NCBI GenBank assembly: GCA_947581615.1
Contig: CANPVD010000053.1
Coordinates: forward strand, 89,737 to 153,736
Length of the DNA: 64,000 nucleotides
Direction of reading: 5' to 3'
Origin: Candidatus Humimonas hydrogenitrophica
GTDB lineage: Bacteria > Gemmatimonadota > Gemmatimonadetes > Palauibacterales > Palauibacteraceae
The translations under genes were made by a program, and so were the position numbers. The notes beneath the pieces were generated by a model that made no database searches, was not told where the DNA came from, and saw only the letters and a list, made by a program, of their open reading frames with translations. Shown one piece after another: positions 16,513 through 25,013 of the stretch; position 1 is the first letter of the stretch, and each line of letters starts with the position of its first letter.

Positions 16513-18569
16513 AGGCCGATCCCCCGCAGCGTGAGGTTCAGCACGAATCCGACGCCGAACGCGAACGTCACCGCGAACGCGAAGATCCCGGCCGCGATCT
16601 TCGGTCCCCGCTCCTTCCACATCATGAGGAACTGCGCCACACAGGGTACGAAGAGGGTGAGCGTCACCGCCGACACGAGGAGTCCGACCATGTCCAGGGC
16701 GCCCGTCCGCTGGAGCTCGTACAGGCCGGCGGCCCCGTAGTCGCGCCGGAAGAAACCGAGCAGGAACACCGACGCCGTCTGCCGGGGGAGGCCCAGCGCG
16801 CCCACCACCGGGTGGAGGAGGTCCAGGACCCTGCCCAGGAGCCCGGTGACCTGGCCCGCCCACAGGAGCACGCTGGCCAGCATGAACAGCGGAATGACCT
16901 CCAGCAGGTACCAGTGCAGCCGCGTGGCGGTCTTCCGGACCACGTTGGACGCGCGCGGCACGCGCAGGGGAGGTAGCTCCATGTGGAAGGACGCCGAACG
17001 CCCCGGCAGGACCCGCGCCCCCACCGCCCCGATCAAGAGGAAGGTGCCGGCCAGGACCGCCACCCACAGCCCGAGTGCCACGGGCTGCCCCGAGAGGATG
17101 GCCAGGATCACACCGAGCTGGGCCGAGCAGGGGATCGCCAGGGCGAGGAGCACCGTGGCCAGGATCCTCTCGCGCCGCGTCTCGAGCGTCCGGGCGACCA
17201 TGGTGGCCATGGTGTCGCACGCGAACCCGAGCACGATGGGGATCACCGCCTGTCCGTTGAGGCCGATCCTCTTGAACAGCCGATCCACGAGCAGGGCCAG
17301 CCGCGGGAGGTAGCCGCTGTCCTCGAGCACGGAGAAGAACAGGAAGAAGGTGGCCACGATCGGCAGGATGATGGCGATCGCATAGCGGAGGCCCAGGGTG
17401 AGGAGCCCGTAGTCGCCGACCCACAGCCCCCGTAGCCACGGCCAGGGAATCCCCCGGAACAGGCCCTCGAGGAACGGATTCACGTGACCCAGGAAGAGGG
17501 AGCGCTCCAGCCAGTCCACCAGGATTCCGGCCCCGAAGTGTCCCACGAACTCGTACAGCCCCAGCCACAGGACCACCAGTAGCACCGGGATCCCCGGCAG
17601 GGGCCGCCCCAGCCAGCGGCCGAGCCTCTCGGCCACCCTCACCCGGCGTTCACCGGTGGCCTCGAGCACGTCCCCGGCCACGGAGCGCGCCACCTCGTGA
17701 CGCTCCACCGCCGACCGGTAGGCCGTCCCGTCTCGCGTCCCGGCCGCGGCCCGGCGCAGAGCCTCCAACGCCCGCCGTCCTCCGTCCGTCTCGGCGGCCT
17801 CCACCATCGCCCGCGTGTCCTCATCTCCCTGGAGGAGGAAGGACGCGATGGCTCGCCGGGGCATGGCATAGCGGCCGGACAGGGCGCCCTCCAGGGCCTC
17901 GATCGCCGCGGCCACGTCGGGGCGCCGCCCCAGCGGCTCGGGCGGCTCACCCGCGCGGATGGCTCCGAGGATCGCCCGCTCCAGCCCTTCCACCCCCTGC
18001 CCCGTCACCGCCACGATCGGGACGACGTGCAGGCCGAGTCGACCTGCGAGGAGGTCCGGTCTGAGCTCCAGGCCGAGACGTCCGAGCTCGTCCACCATGT
18101 TCAGGGCGAGCACGAGGGGCTTTCCGAGCTCCATCAGTTCGAGCGTCAGGGGAAGGGACCGTGCCACGCAGCGAGCCTCGACGACGTGGACCAGGGCGTC
18201 GATGCCCTCCTCGAGCACCAGTCGCCGGGAGACGCGCTCCTCTTCGGTGGTGGGCGACAGCGAGTAGAGCCCGGGCGTGTCCACGACGCGGACGACGTGT
18301 CCGTCGAGTCGCCCCACCCCGTATGTCACCTCGACGGACGTTCGTGGATAGTTGGAGACGGTGACGTAGCGCCCGGTGAGGCGGTGGAAGAGCGTGCTCT
18401 TGCCGACGTTGGGCGCCCCGACGAGAGCCACGCGCCAGGCGGCCTCCTCCGGCGAGGTCGCGGTCGGGCCCGGCGCCCTCCCTTCCGGCCGGGACGGAGG
18501 GCACATGGGACAGGCTCTCGACCCCTCGAGGGCGGTGCGTGCGATTGGAGCGTTCGGTCGCAGCCTCAT
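16509..18569 (-). CDS. feoB: Ferrous iron transporter FeoB
   Basis: GAPNVGKS, DTPG, LNMVD; LEDSGYLPRLA, LGFAC, IPCSAQ, MELPP, FVPCVA; start may be the ATG at 18506. Confidence 0.95.
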   Translation of the reverse strand: MRLRPNAPIARTALEGSRACPMCPPSRPEGRAPGPTATSPEEAAWRVALVGAPNVGKSTLFHRLTGRYVTVSNYPRTSVEVTYGVGRLDGHVVRVVDTPGLYSLSPTTEEERVSRRLVLEEGIDALVHVVEARCVARSLPLTLELMELGKPLVLALNMVDELGRLGLELRPDLLAGRLGLHVVPIVAVTGQGVEGLERAILGAIRAGEPPEPLGRRPDVAAAIEALEGALSGRYAMPRRAIASFLLQGDEDTRAMVEAAETDGGRRALEALRRAAAGTRDGTAYRSAVERHEVARSVAGDVLEATGERRVRVAERLGRWLGRPLPGIPVLLVVLWLGLYEFVGHFGAGILVDWLERSLFLGHVNPFLEGLFRGIPWPWLRGLWVGDYGLLTLGLRYAIAIILPIVATFFLFFSVLEDSGYLPRLALLVDRLFKRIGLNGQAVIPIVLGFACDTMATMVARTLETRRERILATVLLALAIPCSAQLGVILAILSGQPVALGLWVAVLAGTFLLIGAVGARVLPGRSASFHMELPPLRVPRASNVVRKTATRLHWYLLEVIPLFMLASVLLWAGQVTGLLGRVLDLLHPVVGALGLPRQTASVFLLGFFRRDYGAAGLYELQRTGALDMVGLLVSAVTLTLFVPCVAQFLMMWKERGPKIAAGIFAFAVTFAFGVGFVLNLTLRGIGL

Positions 18570-18771
18570 GTCTCGGATCGATCCGCTCCGCCAGGAAGAA
18601 TGAGACCCGGTATCATTGTCTGCAGGCTAACCCCCGGGCCGCGGGCCGTCTGTAGGGCTTGGTCCTTGCAACACCGTGGTGGGCCGCGGAAGGGCCGTGT
18701 GGGGAATCCCCCCTCGCGGGGGCGCAGAGCACCTTTTCGACGACCCGAATGGAGTTTCGCACGACTTGCCC

Positions 18772-18788
18772 GTAGGGTATTTCCCTAC
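18772..18788. promoter_or_regulatory. Palindromic candidate operator GTAGGG-N5-CCCTAC in the feoB/cyc2 divergent region
   Basis: Perfect 6-5-6 inverted repeat; weaker copies at 18652, 18699, 21523 and 21547. Confidence 0.5.
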
Positions 18789-18814
18789 AGCACGCATACA
18801 TAGGGTAGGGTAGA

Positions 18815-18826
18815 TCGGTATACCGA
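18815..18826. promoter_or_regulatory. Perfect palindrome TCGGTATACCGA upstream of cyc2
   Basis: 12-bp palindrome in an AT-richer patch about 55 nt before the start codon. Confidence 0.35.
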
Positions 18827-18878
18827 CAGGCGGGACCGGCAGCGGCCCGCATGGCGCCTACGACCCCCCGGAAGGAGA

Positions 18879-20282
18879 ATGGACATGTTCAAGAAGTTGA
18901 GGAGCTCCGCCGCCCTTGGCGGGCCACTCTCGTTGGTCGCGATCCTGGTACTCGCCGGGGCGCGAACGGGCGAAGCCAGCGTGTCGGCCGGAAAGGCCAT
19001 CGCGCTCAAGGACGTTCCGATTCCGAGCTTCTCCCGTCAGACCGGTCTGGCCTGCTCGGCATGCCACACCGCGTTCCCGCAGCTCACGCCCTTCGGCCGC
19101 CAGTTCAAGCTGAACGGCTACACCATGATGGGCGGTGAGCAGAAGATCCAGGCCAAGAAAAAGAACGGCGGCACGTCCCTCCAGCTGGGCGTGATTCCGC
19201 CCCTGTCCTTCATGCTCCAGAGCGCATACTCGGTCGTGAACACGAAGGTGCCCGACACGCAGAACGGCGACCTTCAGTTCCCGCAGGAGTTCAGCGTGTT
19301 CGTGGGCGGCGAGATCGCGCCGAAGCTCGGCTCGTTCGTACAGATTACGTACGACCCGGAGGGCGCGGCGCTGGGCCTGGACAACACCGACTTCCGCTTC
19401 GCGACCCACAGCTCCGTGGACTCGAAGGACCTGACGCTCGGACTGACCCTGAACAACAACCCGACGGTCGAGGACCTGTGGAACTCGACGCCGGCGTGGG
19501 GCTATCCGTACGCCTCGTCCGAGGTCGCTCCCGGACCCTCCGCCGGCACGCTGGTGGACGGCGCGCTCGGCCAGGAGGTGGCCGGCCTGGGCGGCTACGG
19601 GATGTTCGACAACAGCCTGTACGGGGCCTTCACGCTGTATCGCTCGGCCCAGCAGGGAGCCCCCCAGCCGCCGGACGTGACCGCGGAGGGCGTGATCAGC
19701 GGCGTGGCGCCCTACTGGCGTGCGGCGCTCACGCACGACTGGGGGACCAACTCCTTCGAGCTCGGCACCTTTGGTCTGCACGCGCAGATGTTCCCCAACG
19801 GCATCAGCGGCCTGACCAACAAGTTCACCGACGTGGCCCTGGACGCGCAGTACCAGCACATCACGGCGCAGGGAGCGCTGACCGCGCACGGCGCGTTCAT
19901 CCACGAGAAGCAGACCCTCGACGCCACCTACCAGGCGGGCGAGTCGGCCAACCCCACGGACAATCTCAACACGGTTCGCGGAGACCTCTCCTACCACTGG
20001 AACGACGCGGGCCTCGGCCTGACCCTGGGAGCCTTCTCGACCACGGGCACCACCGACCCGGGCCTGTACGGCCTCGCGGCGGTCGATGGCAGCGCCACCG
20101 GGAACCCCAAGACGAACGGCTTCATGGGCCAGATCGGCTACATGCCGTGGCTCAACACGCGCTTCGTCCTGCAGTACGTGCTGTACAACGATTTCAACGG
20201 CGGCAGCACGAACTACGACGGGTTCGGACGCTCGGCTTCCGACAACAACACGCTCTACCTGCTGAGCTGGATCATGTTTTGA
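18879..20282 (+). CDS. cyc2: Cyc2-type monoheme cytochrome c fused to a porin
   Basis: Signature IPSFSRQTGLACSACHTAFPQLTPFGRQFKLNGY after a signal peptide; beta-strand-rich body; terminal Phe (YLLSWIMF); AAGGAG RBS. Confidence 0.9.
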   Translation: MDMFKKLRSSAALGGPLSLVAILVLAGARTGEASVSAGKAIALKDVPIPSFSRQTGLACSACHTAFPQLTPFGRQFKLNGYTMMGGEQKIQAKKKNGGTSLQLGVIPPLSFMLQSAYSVVNTKVPDTQNGDLQFPQEFSVFVGGEIAPKLGSFVQITYDPEGAALGLDNTDFRFATHSSVDSKDLTLGLTLNNNPTVEDLWNSTPAWGYPYASSEVAPGPSAGTLVDGALGQEVAGLGGYGMFDNSLYGAFTLYRSAQQGAPQPPDVTAEGVISGVAPYWRAALTHDWGTNSFELGTFGLHAQMFPNGISGLTNKFTDVALDAQYQHITAQGALTAHGAFIHEKQTLDATYQAGESANPTDNLNTVRGDLSYHWNDAGLGLTLGAFSTTGTTDPGLYGLAAVDGSATGNPKTNGFMGQIGYMPWLNTRFVLQYVLYNDFNGGSTNYDGFGRSASDNNTLYLLSWIMF

Positions 20283-20381
20283 CGGCTCGCACCGCGTCTC
20301 GCGCCGGGTCCCGGTGACGCCTTCTACGGGCTCGAGGGGTATGCGGGAGCTCCGACGGCTCAGACACGATGGGAGGACTAG

Positions 20382-20798
20382 ATGACAAAGGTGAGACTCG
20401 CGGCCACGATGGCCGTCCTGTTCACCCTGGCCCTGGTCGGAGCGGCCGCCGCGCGCGAGCCGCACCCGGCGGTGGCGACGTGGGGAAAGGACGCCAGGTT
20501 CGACACGGCCGCCCAGATCACCGAGGCCATGATCGATGCGGGACGGAAGATCTTCCACGGACCGGGCAGCTGCTTCGCCTGCCACGGACAGAATCTCCAG
20601 GGGACCGCGATCGCCCCGCGTCTGAGCGACTCCACCTGGAAGAACGGAGATGGGAGCTACGCCGACATCGTCAAGATCATCACGAACGGCGTGTCGGGAA
20701 CCGCCATGGTGTCGCACCCGGGAGGCATCAGCGATGAGCAGCTCCTCGAGGTGGCGGCCTACGTGTGGGCGGTGAGCCACGGGAAGGCCAAGATCTAG
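20382..20798 (+). CDS. Periplasmic monoheme class I cytochrome c
   Basis: Signal peptide; CFACH; distal Met candidate (GTAMVS); GGGAGG RBS. Confidence 0.9.
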   Translation: MTKVRLAATMAVLFTLALVGAAAAREPHPAVATWGKDARFDTAAQITEAMIDAGRKIFHGPGSCFACHGQNLQGTAIAPRLSDSTWKNGDGSYADIVKIITNGVSGTAMVSHPGGISDEQLLEVAAYVWAVSHGKAKI

Positions 20799-20816
20799 GA
20801 ATCACCTCACCGGTGA

Positions 20817-20859
20817 ACGAAGAGGCGGGCCCGTGATCGACGCGGGCCCGCCTCTTCGT
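20817..20859. terminator. Probable bidirectional terminator hairpin
   Basis: Perfect 17-bp stem acgaagaggcgggcccg/cgggcccgcctcttcgt between convergent genes; no long U-tract. Confidence 0.7.
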
Positions 20860-20914
20860 GTGCTCCTGCCCCGTCCCGGCGGACCCCTCTCGGGCACCCG
20901 CCGGGGGGCACGGC

Positions 20915-21448
20915 TCAGTGGTTCTGCGCGCTCACCGCGGCGGGCTCCTCGCCCGTCACGACGATCGTCCCCTTCATTCCAAACGACTGGTGCGGCACGC
21001 ACAGGTAGGAGTAGGTGCCGGACGGGAAGTACCGGGGGTCGATCACGAGCTGGTACGTCGCCCCCTTGCTCACGAGGAAGGGGCTCATCTCGGGAGGCGG
21101 TCCCTTGGCGTCGAACGCGGCGCGGCTGGCCGCCATGATCGTGGGGAAGCTGCGGGAGGAGAGTCGTCCGCCCGCCGGCTCGTTCGCGAACTCGACGTCG
21201 TGGGGCGTGTCGGTCGTGTTGACCCACCGCACCGTGTCGCCCGGCACGACCGTCACGTTGGACGGGACGAACTTGAAGTTCTCCATCTTGATCGTGACCG
21301 TTCGGGGGCGCCGGGTGTCCTGCTGGGCCGCCGCGCTCGTGGCGGTGATCGCCAGCGCGACCAGCACGGCGCCGATCACGAGCTGCAGCGTCCAGAATAG
21401 ATCTATCTGTCGTCGCGACACTTTCGGTCTCCGGACTGTTCGAGTCAT
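20915..21448 (-). CDS. Blue copper protein (plastocyanin/halocyanin-type cupredoxin)
   Basis: FVPSNVTVVPGDTVRWVN..PHDV; YSYLCVPHQSFGMKG giving His, Cys, His, Met ligands; signal peptide. Confidence 0.92.
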   Translation of the reverse strand: MTRTVRRPKVSRRQIDLFWTLQLVIGAVLVALAITATSAAAQQDTRRPRTVTIKMENFKFVPSNVTVVPGDTVRWVNTTDTPHDVEFANEPAGGRLSSRSFPTIMAASRAAFDAKGPPPEMSPFLVSKGATYQLVIDPRYFPSGTYSYLCVPHQSFGMKGTIVVTGEEPAAVSAQNH

Positions 21449-21617
21449 CCATCGCCCGGGGCCCTCGGCCCCGGGACCGAATTCTCACAGCCGGAATAGA
21501 ACAAAGCGCGGGCCCCCCCACCGTCGGGAATCTCCCCACGAACAACGTGGGGCAACTCTCCATCGGGTGTGAGGGGCCCGCGCCTACAACTGTAGACGAG
21601 GTCGGGCGCCGTCTACA

Positions 21618-22442
21618 TCAGTCGGCGCCGCGCCCCCGGGCCGCGTGCGCCTTGAGGAACGCCTCGATCCCGTTGAGCTGATCCGTGGTCAACGTGTCGA
21701 CCTGCATCAGGCGCATGTTCTGCTGCATGCGCGGGACGACCTCGCCCCACTGGGCCGCCGTGTGGGCCTTGGGCGAAGGCGTCTGGTGGCACACCGTGCA
21801 GCGGCTGATGAAGACGGCCGCCTCCGGACCGGACGGTACCTCTCCGGCCTTCGCGACGGGGAGGGCGTTCCGCGTCAGGTAGGCCCCCAGGGAATCGATC
21901 TGCTCCCCGGTCGGCAGGGACCGGTACTGCACGGCCGAGCGCAGCTGCTCGCCTCCGACGCGCTGCAGGAAGGGCCCGTTCACACGGCTCTCGAGCAGGC
22001 TCATCCGAAGCTCCATACGGCGCAGGAGGATGGGCCACTCCGCCGCCGAGTGCATCTGGGGCGTCGGCAGCCAGTGACACTGCGTGCAGTACGCCTGGAG
22101 GAGTCCGGCTCCCGTGCTGTGTTGCTCGGGCAGGGCGGCCGCCGTGAAACCGGACGGGGGCAGGCCCGTGCCGAGCGACGCCACCGCCCGCCAGCGCTGG
22201 GCTCGGCTCAGACGCGAGAACTGCGGACCGGCCAACTCCTCCATGAAGCTGTCCGCCCGCGCCACGATCGTCGCGTTTCCCGCGGCCTGACCGGCCTGCC
22301 CCGCCTGCGACGCGCCTCCTGGCCCGCACCCCACCAGGGCGAGTCCCGCCACCGCCAGCCCAAGAGGGATGGCCCAGCGGCCACCCCTGCTCTCCGTGCG
22401 CGACGAGGCCGGGTGCTCGCCCGCCACTCCCTCGCTGCCCAT
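21618..22442 (-). CDS. Diheme cytochrome c lipoprotein
   Basis: GGAGG RBS and ATG at 22442; lipobox LALVGC; two repeats CxxCH..P.P..H.A..W......RM. Confidence 0.85.
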   Translation of the reverse strand: MGSEGVAGEHPASSRTESRGGRWAIPLGLAVAGLALVGCGPGGASQAGQAGQAAGNATIVARADSFMEELAGPQFSRLSRAQRWRAVASLGTGLPPSGFTAAALPEQHSTGAGLLQAYCTQCHWLPTPQMHSAAEWPILLRRMELRMSLLESRVNGPFLQRVGGEQLRSAVQYRSLPTGEQIDSLGAYLTRNALPVAKAGEVPSGPEAAVFISRCTVCHQTPSPKAHTAAQWGEVVPRMQQNMRLMQVDTLTTDQLNGIEAFLKAHAARGRGAD

Positions 22443-22757
22443 GCTGCCTCCCTCGTGCTGTGGCGCGGCCGACCTGTCGATCGTTCGCGCTCCTGTCGTC
22501 CCCTCACCGATCTCGTTCGAGGTCACCGGGACCGAATGGGCCGGCCGCCCGATGCGCTCTACGCCGGGCGGCGCGGCCCATACGGCACCGCAACGCTCCC
22601 TAGAGTGCCTCGGAAGCACTCCGGACGCAATACGTGGAGACGCGAGGGATGCCGTATGCTGGTGGGAGACCGTATGCGAGCAGGAGGAGGCCGCGCGATG
22701 CAACGGATCGAAAAGGCCCTTCCATCCGGCGCTGGCCCCCACTATCGTGTTGGCTTA

Positions 22758-23975
22758 ATGGATACATCCTCCTCCCCCTCCCCGACCATCGACGACGGTG
22801 AGCGTCGCGCCCTGGACGCGCTGCGCGAGGCGCTGGGATCCGACTTCGAGATCCTCCGTCCCCTGGGTCGCGGCGCCGTGGCGACCGTCTACCTTGCAAA
22901 GGATCGGGCCCTCGGCATCCCCGTGGCCGTGAAGGTGCTGCGTCCGGGCAAGGCGGCTGACGAGACGGCCCGCAAGCGCTTCGAGCGGGAGGCGCGGGCG
23001 GCCGCATCGCTGTCCGACCATCCGAACGCCGTCGCGGTCACGCGCTTCGGTCGTCTCCCCAACGAGACGCCCTACCTGGTCATGCAGTACGTGAAGGGCC
23101 GCACCATGGAGGAGCGGCTCAAGGCCGAGGGACGGCTTCCGGTGCCCGAAGCGACCACCGTGCTGGCCGAGGTCGCCTCGGCCCTCGCCGCGGCGCACGA
23201 GAAGGGGATCATCCACCGGGACGTCCGTCCCGGCAACGTGATGTGGGACGAAGAGAAGCGCCGCGCCCTCCTGACGGACTTCGGCATCGCCGCGGTGCTG
23301 GATGCCGACGGGTCCGACTCCCCGCGCCTGACACAGACGGGAGAGCTGCTCGGGGACCCCCGCCACTCGAGCCCCGAGCAGCTCACCGGCGTAACGGTCA
23401 CCGAGTTGAGCGACATGTACGGGTTCGGCCTGTTGGGCTACGAGCTCCTGGCCGGCCGTGGGCCCTACGAGGCGAGGTCGGCGGCCGACTGGATTCGGGC
23501 CCACCTCCAGCAGGAGCCCAGGGACCTTCGCGAGCTCCGGCCCGACGTGCCCGAGCCGCTGGCCGACCTCCTGCGACGCTGCCTGGCCAAGGAGCCGCGC
23601 CACCGCCCCTCGGCCCGGGACGTAGCCCGTGCCCTGGCCAAGCAGACCTCGCCCGCCGGGGGGACTCAAGCTGGCCACCCGGAGGAGCACGACCTCACGA
23701 AGCTCATCAAGCGGCGCGTGCCCCAGATCGTCCTGATCGTGGCGGGCGCCGGCGTGGGCCTCATCCAGCTGGTCGGCTCCCTGAACGACCTCCTGCCTCC
23801 CAAGAGCCAACTCCTGACCGTGATCTTCGTCGCCGCGGCCGTCCTCGCCTCGGCGGTGATCGCGTGGTTCCATGGCGAGCGCGGACGGCAGCGCGCCCCC
23901 ATCGTCGAACGGGTCCTCCTGGGACTCATCGGGGTCGCCTGGCTCGCGGTGACGATCGTGGCGCTCGTCGAGTGA
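22758..23975 (+). CDS. Hanks-type protein kinase with three C-terminal TM segments
   Basis: LGRGAVATVY, VAVKVL, RFEREARAAA, HRDVRPGN, TDFG, SPEQ. Confidence 0.92.
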   Translation: MDTSSSPSPTIDDGERRALDALREALGSDFEILRPLGRGAVATVYLAKDRALGIPVAVKVLRPGKAADETARKRFEREARAAASLSDHPNAVAVTRFGRLPNETPYLVMQYVKGRTMEERLKAEGRLPVPEATTVLAEVASALAAAHEKGIIHRDVRPGNVMWDEEKRRALLTDFGIAAVLDADGSDSPRLTQTGELLGDPRHSSPEQLTGVTVTELSDMYGFGLLGYELLAGRGPYEARSAADWIRAHLQQEPRDLRELRPDVPEPLADLLRRCLAKEPRHRPSARDVARALAKQTSPAGGTQAGHPEEHDLTKLIKRRVPQIVLIVAGAGVGLIQLVGSLNDLLPPKSQLLTVIFVAAAVLASAVIAWFHGERGRQRAPIVERVLLGLIGVAWLAVTIVALVE

Positions 23976-24012
23976 CGGGAGTCCTCTGGACAGTCCGACG
24001 CGGAGCGTGCGC

Positions 24013-24894
24013 ATGAGCGATACGACAGTCGCACCGCAGTTCTCGGACATCGACGCCTGGGGCGCGACGCACCGCGGCAACGTGCGTCCGGACAACCAGG
24101 ACCACTTTCTCCTCGGGGCGCTGTCGTGCGGGGTGACCGTCGAGTGCTCCAGCCTCGCGGTAGGGCCGGGCGAGCTGTGGCAGGCCGAGCGCCTCGCGAC
24201 CCTGGCCGTGGTGGCGGACGGAGTGGGCTCTTCGGGCGGCGGCGAGCAGGCGGCGCGTCGCGCCGTCGAGGGACTCGTCTCGGCCGTGTCGCGGTCCTTC
24301 CACGAGGCAGCCAGCGTAGAACCCGAGGATCCCGAGGCGTTCTCCAGGATGCTGAACGCCGCGGCGCTGGACGTCCACGAAAGCCTCCTGGCCGAGGCGG
24401 AGAAGGAGGCCGACGGTCGGCGCTTCGCCACCACGGCTACCCTCTTCCTGGGCCTGTGGCCCCACGCCTACCTCCTGCAGGTGGGCGACTCCCGCTGCTA
24501 CGTCTTCCAGGAGGGCGAGCTGACCCAGATCACGCGCGATCAGACCCTCGCGCAGGACCTGGTGGACAGCGGCGCCCTCACCCGCACGGTCGCCGAGCGC
24601 AGCCGGTGGGCGCACATCCTGTCCAGCGCCATGGGGGGCCAGCAGGCCGTGCCGGTGGTCACGCGCGTCACGCGGGACTGGGGCACGGTCGTCCTCCTGT
24701 GCAGCGACGGGCTCACCAAGCACGTCTCCGACGAGCGCATCCGGGAGCGGCTGGCCTCCATGACCAGCGCCCGCCAGGTGGTCGAGCAGCTCATGCAGGA
24801 TGCCCTCGACGACGGCGGCACGGACAACATCACGCTCATCGTGGGGAAGACGCTCGAGCCGTCAAGCGGGGAATGCGCGGTGCCCGCTCGGTGA
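24013..24894 (+). CDS. PP2C-family Ser/Thr phosphatase
   Basis: THRGNVRPDNQD, VADGVG, VGDSRCY, LLCSDGL, GGTDNIT. Confidence 0.92.
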   Translation: MSDTTVAPQFSDIDAWGATHRGNVRPDNQDHFLLGALSCGVTVECSSLAVGPGELWQAERLATLAVVADGVGSSGGGEQAARRAVEGLVSAVSRSFHEAASVEPEDPEAFSRMLNAAALDVHESLLAEAEKEADGRRFATTATLFLGLWPHAYLLQVGDSRCYVFQEGELTQITRDQTLAQDLVDSGALTRTVAERSRWAHILSSAMGGQQAVPVVTRVTRDWGTVVLLCSDGLTKHVSDERIRERLASMTSARQVVEQLMQDALDDGGTDNITLIVGKTLEPSSGECAVPAR

Positions 24895-25013
24895 CGTCGC
24901 GGGCCGCGGCGTGAGCTTCGATCCGCCCAGGAAGCCGGCGGCCCGGGCGGCAGCGCCCCGGCCGGTCGTCACCACGCTCCCACCGATTCGCCCGGACGCT
25001 CCACCGATACCCG

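Noticed and set aside
21591..21617. Short inverted repeat tgtagacg/cgtctaca after the diheme cytochrome stop
   Set aside because: Only an 8-bp stem with no U-tract; too weak to call a terminator.
21645..22757. Long N-terminal extension of the kinase ORF
   Set aside because: It overlaps the antisense diheme cytochrome gene; kinase homology begins only after the ATG at 22758.
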